Positions 6,984-14,566 of a stretch of DNA of 14,684 nt are shown one piece after another (position 1 is the stretch's first letter; each line of letters starts with the position of its first letter). The stretch comes from Promethearchaeota archaeon. Lineage in GTDB: Archaea > Asgardarchaeota > Odinarchaeia > Odinarchaeales > JBHLKK01. A program made the translations under genes and the position numbers. The notes beneath the pieces are model-generated. The model was not told where the DNA came from and searched no databases. It saw nothing but the letters and a program-made list of their open reading frames with translations. The DNA lies in the NCBI GenBank assembly GCA_048939465.1, contig JBHLPL010000002.1, forward strand, positions 37,708 through 52,391, given 5' to 3'.

Positions 6984-7559
6984 TTATTCCACGTCGATTT
7001 TCGTACCCTCTTCTCCTTTTTCCACTTTTTCGAACTCAACTTCAAGGACGCCGTTCTTGTATATTGCCTTTGACGACTGAGGAAGGACTTCTACATGTAG
7101 ATCAACCTTTTTGTAATACTTCCTTTCGGGCGTTTCTGCAGATATCGTTACTGAGTCTTCAGTTGCTTTGAGCTGGATATCTTTCTTTTCTACACCAGGC
7201 ATTTCGGCTACGATGACTATTTTGTCTTTTTCATCTATGACTTCGACGAGCGGTTCTCTGTCTTCTCGAACCATGGCCCCTCTCATGCTTGGTTCTACGT
7301 TCCCAAACTCACGGACCATTGGCTTCTTGTCAGGTCCTACCGTAACAGAAAATCCCCAGACAAACGGCCCTCTTTTCTCCATTTTACCGGGTAATCGCAT
7401 ACCCTTTATCAGATCTTCAATCATTTCTTCCAGTTTTGGAAACTGGAACATCCGTTCACCAAACATCTTGAAGATATCATCAAAGGATTCGATATCCCCA
7501 AACCATGGGTCTCTTTCCCACCACGGTAGTTTTTTCTTCTTCTTGTCATCACGAGACAA
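6984..7559 (-). CDS. Small heat-shock protein (archaeal Hsp20 / alpha-crystallin domain)
   Basis: GPFVWGFSVTVGPD.KP.VREFGN segment typical of archaeal Hsp20. ACD motifs PLVEV, AEMPGVEKKDI and YKNGVLEV; C-terminal IXI-like IDV. TTG start with a G6 SD-like run. Confidence 0.93.
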   Translation of the reverse strand: MSRDDKKKKKLPWWERDPWFGDIESFDDIFKMFGERMFQFPKLEEMIEDLIKGMRLPGKMEKRGPFVWGFSVTVGPDKKPMVREFGNVEPSMRGAMVREDREPLVEVIDEKDKIVIVAEMPGVEKKDIQLKATEDSVTISAETPERKYYKKVDLHVEVLPQSSKAIYKNGVLEVEFEKVEKGEEGTKIDVE

Positions 7560-7606
7560 TCGAGCAAACCCCCCTTATTTTTCTGATAATCATTGGAAAC
7601 TACAGC

Positions 7607-7625
7607 TATAATTAAAGGTTGCTTT
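7607..7625 (-). promoter_or_regulatory. Candidate internal promoter for hsp20 (TTTAATTATA at 7616-7607, with A-rich upstream element)
   Basis: TATA-like box in the 66-nt rpl30-hsp20 spacer, about 48 nt upstream of the TTG. Confidence 0.5.
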
Positions 7626-8114
7626 TTAAATCATTCTTTCTAGTAGAAGATTGATCCTTGAACCCCGATATCCTAACTCTCCGCCAACTGAGAAAGCTCT
7701 TTTCTTTTTCCCCTCAAAGCCTTTTTTTGGCGGATGAAGACGAAAGACTGGTTTAAGACTGGGGAGGTCTTTAATCTCCACCTTGAATTCAATTAGTGAT
7801 TTTGAAAAATCTTCAATTGATTTGAATGTCGAGTTCTGTCTGACATAATCATCGGTTACGGGTTTGTTGCCAGTTAAGCGTCCTCTTTTTCTTATGAGTT
7901 CAGAGAGAGTCGGCGCATCTATTTCACCCCATGTAATGTAATCTTTTGCTTTCTGTAGCATTCGCTTGTATGACGAGCGGTCATCTATTACCACCGCATG
8001 ATTGGGTTTGTGAAGTCGCAGTATTCTCAGTGTATCCTCAACCTCCTTCCGAACATCGACAGTCCCACGAATACGTATCACGCTAAGTTTTTTCGTTCTC
8101 TCGATTTTTGGCAT
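7626..8114 (-). CDS. rpl30: 50S ribosomal protein uL30 (long archaeal form)
   Basis: VIRIRG, TL..LRL.K.NHAV, ITWGE, PVFRLHPPKKG and GELGYRG motifs. Confidence 0.96.
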   Translation of the reverse strand: MPKIERTKKLSVIRIRGTVDVRKEVEDTLRILRLHKPNHAVVIDDRSSYKRMLQKAKDYITWGEIDAPTLSELIRKRGRLTGNKPVTDDYVRQNSTFKSIEDFSKSLIEFKVEIKDLPSLKPVFRLHPPKKGFEGKKKRAFSVGGELGYRGSRINLLLERMI

Positions 8115-8738
8115 CTAGACCCTCTCCCAGTCCGCTGGTGTCATTATTCGATATGTCTGCCTTAAGGCATTCAGAGCGGCTTTGGCAAAATTCACCGTTG
8201 TTCTTGTGTGTCCTCTTGTGTTAGACCAAACGTCACTGATACCAGCCAATCTAAGAACCGTTCTCACATAACCTGCAGCTGCCAGTCCCGTACCTTTAGG
8301 CGCAGGTAGTAATTCTACTCTGACACTTCCTGCCTTTCCAGAAACTCTAAATGGTACTGTGTGTGGATGACCGCAGTCACATTGCCAACTACCACATCCT
8401 CGTCTAACGGGTATTATGTTTAATTTTGCGTGGGATATGGCAGCTCTAATGGCCGGTCCCGTTTCTCTTAGCTTTATTTCCCCAATTCCAACATATCCAT
8501 TTGAGTTTCCTACGATTACAGTTGCTTTGAATCTTGATTGTCTTCCCGCATCTGTTTGTCTCTGAACGAGATTAACATCAATTACTTCTTCTTCAAGATT
8601 CGGCAGAAGTATATCCACTATTTCAGGTTCTCTTATCGGAAGATTCAATTTGAAGATTTCATCTATAGTTGTTATGCGACCTTCCTTTACCAGAGCGCCC
8701 ATCTTCGTTTTTGGAACCCAATCATCAAGAGAAGACAT
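8115..8738 (-). CDS. rps5: 30S ribosomal protein uS5
   Basis: [26 protein letters not shown] and PAPKGTGL motifs. Confidence 0.97.
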   Translation of the reverse strand: MSSLDDWVPKTKMGALVKEGRITTIDEIFKLNLPIREPEIVDILLPNLEEEVIDVNLVQRQTDAGRQSRFKATVIVGNSNGYVGIGEIKLRETGPAIRAAISHAKLNIIPVRRGCGSWQCDCGHPHTVPFRVSGKAGSVRVELLPAPKGTGLAAAGYVRTVLRLAGISDVWSNTRGHTRTTVNFAKAALNALRQTYRIMTPADWERV

Positions 8739-8741
8739 GTG

Positions 8742-9341
8742 TTACTTTCCCCCGAAACTGTCGATCATGTTTTTCTTAATCTTGTCAAAATGTTCAGGAA
8801 AATCCCTCGGATCTAGTCCTCTTTTTATTATTCTGGAAAACTGTTTATTGAATAGGCGAGAATCCTCACTCGCTAGTTTCTTTGCGTATTCTGCAATATG
8901 CTTTCCTCTTATACGATCTTCGGAAGGAAGAACTTCTTCACTGTGCGGAACGTCAAGTCCTGCATCAAGCGCGCCTTTGAGGGCGGCAAAAACACGAGAT
9001 CCTTTGGTTGGGGGTATCAGTCCAATATCTAATACCGCATGTTTAATTCGCTTCTTGGTAGCCCGTAAAGCCAGTAGATATGCTGTTAGATAGGCAGCAG
9101 AGAGGTTTCCTACGCCGGCCAACCAGCCGTATTCTTTTTTCAACTCCCCGGAAAACGCTGAGATTAGGGTCTTATCCCCTTTGACTTTTGCATCACATAT
9201 TTGAGTTATTATATAGTTTAGAGTCTTTCGGACAACCAGTCTCGGCCCACGAGAAGCCAGTAATTTCTTTCTAAGATAATAATTCGTCTTCCCCGTTCTA
9301 TGTCTTCTGAACAGTACTCTGTATTGAGCGCTTTTTGCCAT
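8742..9341 (-). CDS. rpl18: 50S ribosomal protein uL18
   Basis: FRR.R.GKTNY..R, PRLVVR, AAYLT, LDIGL and VFAALKGALDAGL motifs. ATG 9341 preferred for SD spacing; ATG 9350 is the alternative. Confidence 0.95.
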   Translation of the reverse strand: MAKSAQYRVLFRRHRTGKTNYYLRKKLLASRGPRLVVRKTLNYIITQICDAKVKGDKTLISAFSGELKKEYGWLAGVGNLSAAYLTAYLLALRATKKRIKHAVLDIGLIPPTKGSRVFAALKGALDAGLDVPHSEEVLPSEDRIRGKHIAEYAKKLASEDSRLFNKQFSRIIKRGLDPRDFPEHFDKIKKNMIDSFGGK

Positions 9342-9346
9342 CTCAT

Positions 9347-9796
9347 TCATCTCCTCAATAACTTCTTATTCTTTATGTAGGTCTCTAATTGACGTGTGCT
9401 GTTGAAGAGACCACCTTTTGCCTTGAGATATAGATCACGATAAACTTGGGGAGTTATTGCCCTTCTGGCCCTTAGCCGTCTTAGATATCTTCTGATAGGA
9501 CGGATACTTTGCATCCAGATTTCTTTCTTAGATATCTTACTCGTAATCTTGCCTTCTCGACTCCCAGGACCTTTTCTTAGTCCCTTTTTTCTCTTCTCGT
9601 GAAGCTCTCTTGCACGACCTCGACTCACGCCTACCCCAGGTTTAGCCTTTATTATACCTTCATGGATTAGACGCCTAATATCCGCACGCCGAATTGCAAG
9701 CGCAATATCATCAGTACGTTCAGGGTCCATCCATACCCGACCGACCCCTACTTTTAGAATCTTAGCGGCAATGACTTTCTTTGAGTTTAGACTCAT
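9347..9796 (-). CDS. rpl19e: 50S ribosomal protein eL19
   Basis: AAKILKVG.GRVW.DP, GPGSREG, WM..IR..RR.L and LYLKAKGG motifs. Confidence 0.96.
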   Translation of the reverse strand: MSLNSKKVIAAKILKVGVGRVWMDPERTDDIALAIRRADIRRLIHEGIIKAKPGVGVSRGRARELHEKRKKGLRKGPGSREGKITSKISKKEIWMQSIRPIRRYLRRLRARRAITPQVYRDLYLKAKGGLFNSTRQLETYIKNKKLLRR

Positions 9797-9821
9797 AGGA
9801 GAACCTCCATACCGACAGATT

Positions 9822-10334
9822 TCATTTCTTCTGCTTTTCTTCTTTTGCTAGCTCCTCCGCTAGCTCCTCCGCTAGTTCTTCTTCCATCTCTTCCTCTCGT
9901 CCCTCTTCTTCAATCTCCTCAAATTCTTCCAGTTCTAGCTCTTCCTCCTTTTCAGGTAGAGTGGGATTCAGTATCTTCAGATTGAGTTCATTTGCACGAT
10001 CAATAAGGATAACACGCTTCCTTGTTCCGACCGTACGACCGATACGTATACTGTGCAAATCAGGGTTGAGTTTCTCAAGTTCTGAAACATTATGGATTAG
10101 AACATCCTCCAATCCAGAAGGATGAAGGCCCCTAACCATTCTGGGTGCGCGGTAACCGATATCGGGCATTTTAGGCCATCCTTTCTTTCTTTTACGCATT
10201 TTGTTGTCAATACCCTTTGGCCGCCTCCATGACGGATTCAACCTCTTGAGTCTCCAACTCTCTTGGCGCACAAACTTGGGCCTTTTTCTTTTGTTCATTC
10301 CTCTGAGCCGTAATAATCTATCTTTTTCAGACAT
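9822..10334 (-). CDS. rpl32e: 50S ribosomal protein eL32 with long acidic C-terminal tail
   Basis: KRPKFVRQE, WRRPKGIDNKMR, GLHPSG and VLIHNV.ELE motifs, followed by an approximately 43-aa Glu-rich tail. Confidence 0.96.
   Translation of the reverse strand: MSEKDRLLRLRGMNKRKRPKFVRQESWRLKRLNPSWRRPKGIDNKMRKRKKGWPKMPDIGYRAPRMVRGLHPSGLEDVLIHNVSELEKLNPDLHSIRIGRTVGTRKRVILIDRANELNLKILNPTLPEKEEELELEEFEEIEEEGREEEMEEELAEELAEELAKEEKQKK
9847..9875 (-). repeat. 12-bp coding tandem repeat (plus strand GCTAGCTCCTCC) x2.4, encoding EELA repeats
   Basis: Read directly from the sequence. Confidence 0.85.
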
Positions 10335-10354
10335 CCTAACTCGCCTCTGTTCGA

Positions 10355-10930
10355 CTAAAGAATCTTCCAGATAGTCTTGTCTCCCACGAGTTTTTGATAG
10401 ACAAAGATACCATCCATGAACACCCTTGGATCCTTGTTCCTTATCTTGGTCCTAGCTTGAATATTTGCAGCTGTCTGAGCGACTTCTTCTATGCTGTTTC
10501 CTTCGATTACTACGTCATCCCCCGTTACAGTAACATTGACATCGCCGAATATTCTGGCATAGCGCGATCCTCTCTCTCCTATAAAGTTCTCTATTTTAAC
10601 TAGTTTCTTGTTCATATCTATTCTAACAGTAATTGGGAAGTGTGCATATACGATCTTCATAACATACTTGAATCCGTGAGTTACTCCCAAAATCATGTTC
10701 TCTATGTGGGCTGCGACCGTGTTAACCTTAGCTGCCACTTTTCTGCGTGGGTTATGAACATAGGTTTTGACTCCTTCGTCAGACTTTTCTATATGAATCG
10801 ATGCATGAGAGAAGTCTTTAGTAAGGCTTCCTCGTGGACCAACTACCATTACCGTACTATTCTCAATCTGAATCTGAACATCGTTTGGAATTGGAATAGT
10901 CTTCTCAAAATATGTCGCTCTTTCCATCAT
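10355..10930 (-). CDS. rpl6: 50S ribosomal protein uL6
   Basis: V.GPRG.L, NM..GVT.GF.Y.MKIVYAHFP, NFIGER and DPRVFMDGIFV motifs. Confidence 0.96.
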   Translation of the reverse strand: MMERATYFEKTIPIPNDVQIQIENSTVMVVGPRGSLTKDFSHASIHIEKSDEGVKTYVHNPRRKVAAKVNTVAAHIENMILGVTHGFKYVMKIVYAHFPITVRIDMNKKLVKIENFIGERGSRYARIFGDVNVTVTGDDVVIEGNSIEEVAQTAANIQARTKIRNKDPRVFMDGIFVYQKLVGDKTIWKIL

Positions 10931-10960
10931 TGATCCACACGCCTCATTGGTCGGTCCTGC

Positions 10961-11353
10961 TTAGTAGATGTAAGCAATCAGCCGTCCTCCGACTTTCTTC
11001 TTTTTTGCCTCAATGTGAGAGATAACTCCCATGGGAGTCGTGATAATGAGAAGGCCAAAATGACGAGACGGCAAGTATCTCTCCTCCCATTTTTCGTATT
11101 CATTGTGTTTTACAGGATGACGTGGCGTAACCACACCACATGAGTTTATTCGTCCCAGCAGTTGAACTCGAAACTTCCCTGCTCGTCCATCGTCAATTAA
11201 CTCAAACTCCCCAATGTAGCCTGCATGCTGCATGATTCTGAGAGTGCTTGCTATCATTTTTGAGGCAGGGGTTATTATGCACTCTCGTCTACCTATTCTC
11301 TCTCGGTTCAAAATGTTTGAAAGAGCATCCGCCAACGGATTCATAAGGGGCAC
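10961..11353 (-). CDS. rps8: 30S ribosomal protein uS8
   Basis: PLADALS.I, GYIGEFE.IDDGRAG and TTPMGV.SH.EAK...GG motifs. GTG start with GGTGA SD. Confidence 0.97.
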   Translation of the reverse strand: MPLMNPLADALSNILNRERIGRRECIITPASKMIASTLRIMQHAGYIGEFELIDDGRAGKFRVQLLGRINSCGVVTPRHPVKHNEYEKWEERYLPSRHFGLLIITTPMGVISHIEAKKKKVGGRLIAYIY

Positions 11354-11364
11354 GATATTTCACC

Positions 11365-11514
11365 TTAGCTGTATTTTTTAAAGCCTAGTTTCCTTGCTGC
11401 CTCCCGAAAACATCTGCGGCATATCATCAGTCCATGTCTTCTAATGATAGCCTGACTTGTTCCACATATTCTGCATGTACGACTTCCTTTTCCGTATTTC
11501 TTTTGTACAGTCAA
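11365..11514 (-). CDS. rps14: 30S ribosomal protein uS14, zinc-finger type (49 aa; absent from the ORF track)
   Basis: Manual translation [49 protein letters not shown] with two CxxC pairs. TTG start 7 nt after GAGGT. Confidence 0.95.
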   Translation of the reverse strand: MTVQKKYGKGSRTCRICGTSQAIIRRHGLMICRRCFREAARKLGFKKYS

Positions 11515-11531
11515 TATCACTACCTCGTACT

Positions 11532-12071
11532 TCAGGTTGGTTCAACTTTGAATTCTTTTTTCATGAATAGGATAGCTTCATTTCTTGTTACTCGGTGCGA
11601 TTTGGGAATCTTTCTTCTGCTCCTTTTTCTTCGTTTTATACGGTAGCCTGGTCTTTCAAGAGAAACACATACATCCATGCCGAATATACCAATATCAGGA
11701 TCGTAAGTGATGTTAGGAAGTTCAATATGCTCTTTGATTCCGAAGGAGAGATTTCCATTTGAATCAAAAGACTGTTTCTTTAGAGTGAATTCATCGATAT
11801 TTAGAGCGGCTTTTAGAAATTCACTCGCTTTGTCTCCTCTTAGCGTTACCTTGCAGGCAATACGCTCACCTTTCCTTACGTTAAAGTCACGAAGGCTTTT
11901 CTTCGCCTTCACTGGAGTGGGTTTTTGGTTTGTGACAGCTTCCAATACAGCTATAGCCTTTTCGAGCTTTTCGCCGCCTCCTCCAACCCCGATGTTAACC
12001 GTAACGCTATATATTCTGGGTTTCCGCATAGGATTGGATTTCCAATCTTCGAGTATTTCTCTCTCACTCAT
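11532..12071 (-). CDS. rpl5: 50S ribosomal protein uL5
   Basis: [32 protein letters not shown] and GIFGMDV motifs. Confidence 0.97.
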   Translation of the reverse strand: MSEREILEDWKSNPMRKPRIYSVTVNIGVGGGGEKLEKAIAVLEAVTNQKPTPVKAKKSLRDFNVRKGERIACKVTLRGDKASEFLKAALNIDEFTLKKQSFDSNGNLSFGIKEHIELPNITYDPDIGIFGMDVCVSLERPGYRIKRRKRSRRKIPKSHRVTRNEAILFMKKEFKVEPT

Positions 12072-12826
12072 GTCGATGCCTCCGGTATCGAGATTAGTGG
12101 TTTTTCAGCGCCTATGGGGAATACGTATTTCAGAAGTGTTTGGAAAGATGTATCGTCATTTCCCTTTAGAGTAACTATGCTTGGATATGAGGCAGAGCCG
12201 CGTTCAATTTTCTCAATTTTGCCGACAAGGCCGAGATTCTTGCCAGCTATTGTTAGGGCAACCACACCCTCCTCGGTCTTTATATGATCCTTAACTCCTT
12301 GTTTAGGTAGTGAAAGCACGATTACTTCATGAACTTTATAGATATCCTCAGTAGGGTTGTGAGGATCAGTCAACTTAATCAAGTAATTTCTACCATCGTG
12401 AAGATTCAACTGAATATGCCCGCCCTTAACACATGTCTTATTCTCAATCCTGCACAACTTGAAATTCGTCTCAGATTTTTTAATAGGGTGTAGGACGAGA
12501 CCTCGTTTTGGAGCAGGTAGAATCCGGAAAGAGTCTTTGGTCTCTGGTATCTCAACCACATCCATTAGCCCCACTGAGAATCGAGGATTACGCCTGACTT
12601 TACCATCAACCTCAATCCTACCTTCTGTAATTATGCGCCGAGCTTCTTTGGCGGTATAAGCATAATTCAAGATGTATCTGAGAATAACCACAAGTGGTAT
12701 ACTTGCATCCTTTGAATGTGGGCCGGGTGTTGGACGTGCCGCCCAGACAGCTTCCTTTTTTGGCATTCGCCAAAAGTGCGGTGCCAGAAGCCTTTTTAGA
12801 TGTGCTTTGCCGCCTTTCTTTACCAT
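12068..12826 (-). CDS. rps4e: 30S ribosomal protein eS4
   Basis: HLKRL.AP..W, PGPH, VDGKVR and VGLMDVV motifs. Start reassigned to ATG 12826, just after the rpl24 stop. Confidence 0.96.
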   Translation of the reverse strand: MVKKGGKAHLKRLLAPHFWRMPKKEAVWAARPTPGPHSKDASIPLVVILRYILNYAYTAKEARRIITEGRIEVDGKVRRNPRFSVGLMDVVEIPETKDSFRILPAPKRGLVLHPIKKSETNFKLCRIENKTCVKGGHIQLNLHDGRNYLIKLTDPHNPTEDIYKVHEVIVLSLPKQGVKDHIKTEEGVVALTIAGKNLGLVGKIEKIERGSASYPSIVTLKGNDDTSFQTLLKYVFPIGAEKPLISIPEAST

Positions 12827-12828
12827 TA

Positions 12829-13209
12829 TTATTCTTCCTCCAGTATCTCTGTTTTTCGAGCGATTATCTTGTCTCGCCATTTGTCCTTTTCAAGTTTTGT
12901 AATCATCACTCTCGATATAGCAATAGGAAAGTTGTATTCGGATCCTTCAGCTTTTTCAATGGCTACCTCCTTGATGTATACACGGAAGTTTTTTCTATCT
13001 ACTCGGATGACTTTTCCTTCAGTGTCTTTGAATGACCCAGTAATAACCATTACTGTGTCTCCTTCCCTGACAGGCAGATTACGTATCTCATGTTCACTAG
13101 CCAGATCGGGAGATAGCCTAGCTCCCATTTTTTTCTTTCTCAAGTGAGGTGGCATTGTATAGATAGCCTTTCGTTGTTTTCGGGGACTTCTTGTTTTCAT
13201 TTTTACCAT
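12829..13209 (-). CDS. rpl24: 50S ribosomal protein uL24
   Basis: PRKQRK, P.H.R.K, LPVREGD.V.V..G.FK (KOW) motifs. True start may be ATG 13209 or 13200. Confidence 0.96.
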   Translation of the reverse strand: MVKMKTRSPRKQRKAIYTMPPHLRKKKMGARLSPDLASEHEIRNLPVREGDTVMVITGSFKDTEGKVIRVDRKNFRVYIKEVAIEKAEGSEYNFPIAISRVMITKLEKDKWRDKIIARKTEILEEE

Positions 13210-13210
13210 C

Positions 13211-13261
13211 TCAAGGAATGTCTATCTTTTTGAGCAGAGGAATTGAGTTCACCATGATCAT
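13211..13261 (-). CDS. Putative 16-aa mini-ORF (MIMVNSIPLLKKIDIP) in the rpl14-rpl24 spacer
   Basis: AAGGAG SD then ATG at 13261; TGA ends 1 nt before the rpl24 ATG. No homology is recognisable. Confidence 0.25.
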   Translation of the reverse strand: MIMVNSIPLLKKIDIP

Positions 13262-13290
13262 AAACTCCTTCATCAAGGGGGAGGAGCAGT

Positions 13291-13722
13291 TCACACGACC
13301 ATGCTTGCAGCACTGGCAAGTCTTGGCCATCTTTCAGCTGCTTCCTTTGCCACAACACCACGGATTTCGGACCCCTTTGGCTCACCTATTGGCGTCGTTA
13401 TTACGGCTGCATTATCTTCAAACTGAATCCACTGTCCTGTTTTTCTGCGAAACAGCTTTCGCTGGCGTACAATGATCGCAGTTAGTACTTGACGGCGCAT
13501 TTCAGGATTACCTTTCTTTACAGAGATGACAACCATATCACCTACTCCAGCACTTGGATACCTATTAAGACGGCCTTTGTAGCCCTTTACACTAATGAGC
13601 TCCAGCACCCTGGCCCCCGTATTATCGGCACATTTTAGGCTGGTTCCCGTTGTTATGCCTCTCGAGACTTTTGGCTTTAGGAGCAGGCCAACTTTTCTTC
13701 GTCCTCTTCTCGATTTTGACAT
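13291..13722 (-). CDS. rpl14: 50S ribosomal protein uL14
   Basis: [29 protein letters not shown] and [11 protein letters not shown] motifs. Confidence 0.98.
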   Translation of the reverse strand: MSKSRRGRRKVGLLLKPKVSRGITTGTSLKCADNTGARVLELISVKGYKGRLNRYPSAGVGDMVVISVKKGNPEMRRQVLTAIIVRQRKLFRRKTGQWIQFEDNAAVITTPIGEPKGSEIRGVVAKEAAERWPRLASAASMVV

Positions 13723-14058
13723 CTATGTCTCCTCCGTTTTCTGCACAACGACAAATGAAACTGTCTTTGAAAGAGGGCGACATTCCGCAATTTTGACCCG
13801 ATTTCCAACGCTTACTTCGATACACGGAGGAAGATGGGCAGGAATATGGGAATGCCTTCTTTCGTATCGAGCATACTTTTTCGTATACAGTAGATAATCC
13901 CGTCTGACAATTATGGTGTTTCTCATCTTGTTCTTCACAACTACTCCGTCCATTATCTTTCCACGGACAGCTAGCGTCCCATGAAATGGACAATTTGGAT
14001 CATTACATTCGTCCTTTGGTGATTCAACAGGCAGGCCTGTGCTTGGCAATATTACCAC
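13723..14058 (-). CDS. rps17: 30S ribosomal protein uS17
   Basis: C.DPNCPFHG.L.VRG, KYARYE.R.S.I.AH and AECRPLSKT.SF motifs. GTG start. Confidence 0.97.
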   Translation of the reverse strand: MVILPSTGLPVESPKDECNDPNCPFHGTLAVRGKIMDGVVVKNKMRNTIIVRRDYLLYTKKYARYERRHSHIPAHLPPCIEVSVGNRVKIAECRPLSKTVSFVVVQKTEET

Positions 14059-14336
14059 TTCCTCCGAATTGGTTTTTTGACACGATTTTCCGGTCTCCCT
14101 AAAAGCTTCTTTCCGTCAATCTCAACGACACTTCCGTCGGGCAAGATGATATGAAGCTTAACTATATGCTTTGTGATCCTTTTTTCCGTTTGATTACTTA
14201 ATATTACCAAAGTTTTTTCGGTTTCATCTATTATGGTTCCAGTTATGTTAACAATACTCCGGTCAACACTTCCGACGATTTTAACTCTAAGTCCTATTAG
14301 TTCGTGGTGAAGGATGTTTTGAGGAGTGATGGGCAT
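14052..14336 (-). CDS. rnp1: Ribonuclease P protein component 1 (Rpp29/Pop4)
   Basis: NI..HELIGL.V, G.IIDET.KTL and IDG..L.GRPE.R motifs. Conserved position between rpl29 and rps17. Confidence 0.94.
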   Translation of the reverse strand: MPITPQNILHHELIGLRVKIVGSVDRSIVNITGTIIDETEKTLVILSNQTEKRITKHIVKLHIILPDGSVVEIDGKKLLGRPENRVKKPIRRKW

Positions 14337-14338
14337 TC

Positions 14339-14566
14339 CTATTCACTTGATGCAGATTTAGCTGATTTCCGCTCTTCCTCATGCATGACTGTAAGTATAC
14401 GTGCAATGGCACGCCTGATCTCGCGGCTTTTCCCTGGATTCTCCATGGATCCCCCACCAGCAATGATTACTCTTTGCTGAGATAATTCTACCCGCAGCTC
14501 CTCCAGCTTCTTTATTCTCTCTCTAGGTCTCATTTCTCTTATTTGGCTCATACGCAGTATAGGCAT
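14339..14566 (-). CDS. rpl29: 50S ribosomal protein uL29
   Basis: MPILR..QIREM, GG..ENPG..REIRR.IAR.LT motifs. Confidence 0.94.
   Translation of the reverse strand: MPILRMSQIREMRPRERIKKLEELRVELSQQRVIIAGGGSMENPGKSREIRRAIARILTVMHEEERKSAKSASSE

Noticed and set aside
7168-7611. Long antisense ORFs on the plus strand (for example 7168-7611, 4033-4506, 8650-9093, 11707-12174)
   Set aside because: They are shadows of well-conserved minus-strand genes, with S/F/I-rich composition typical of antisense frames and no recognisable motifs.
6955-7625. Mobile-element origin for the hsp20 insertion
   Set aside because: No terminal inverted repeats, target-site duplication or transposase remnants were seen at either junction, and composition looks similar to the flanking genes by eye.
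9798-9808. GGAG-GTT-CTCC mini-hairpin covering the rpl19e SD
   Set aside because: A 4-bp stem with a 3-nt loop is too weak to claim a regulatory structure without conservation data.
13203-13385. 60-aa minus-strand ORF spanning the rpl14 end and the spacer; also 13622-13993 and 6753-6941
   Set aside because: They are alternate-frame overlaps of rpl14, rps17 and rpl15, without an SD or recognisable domain.
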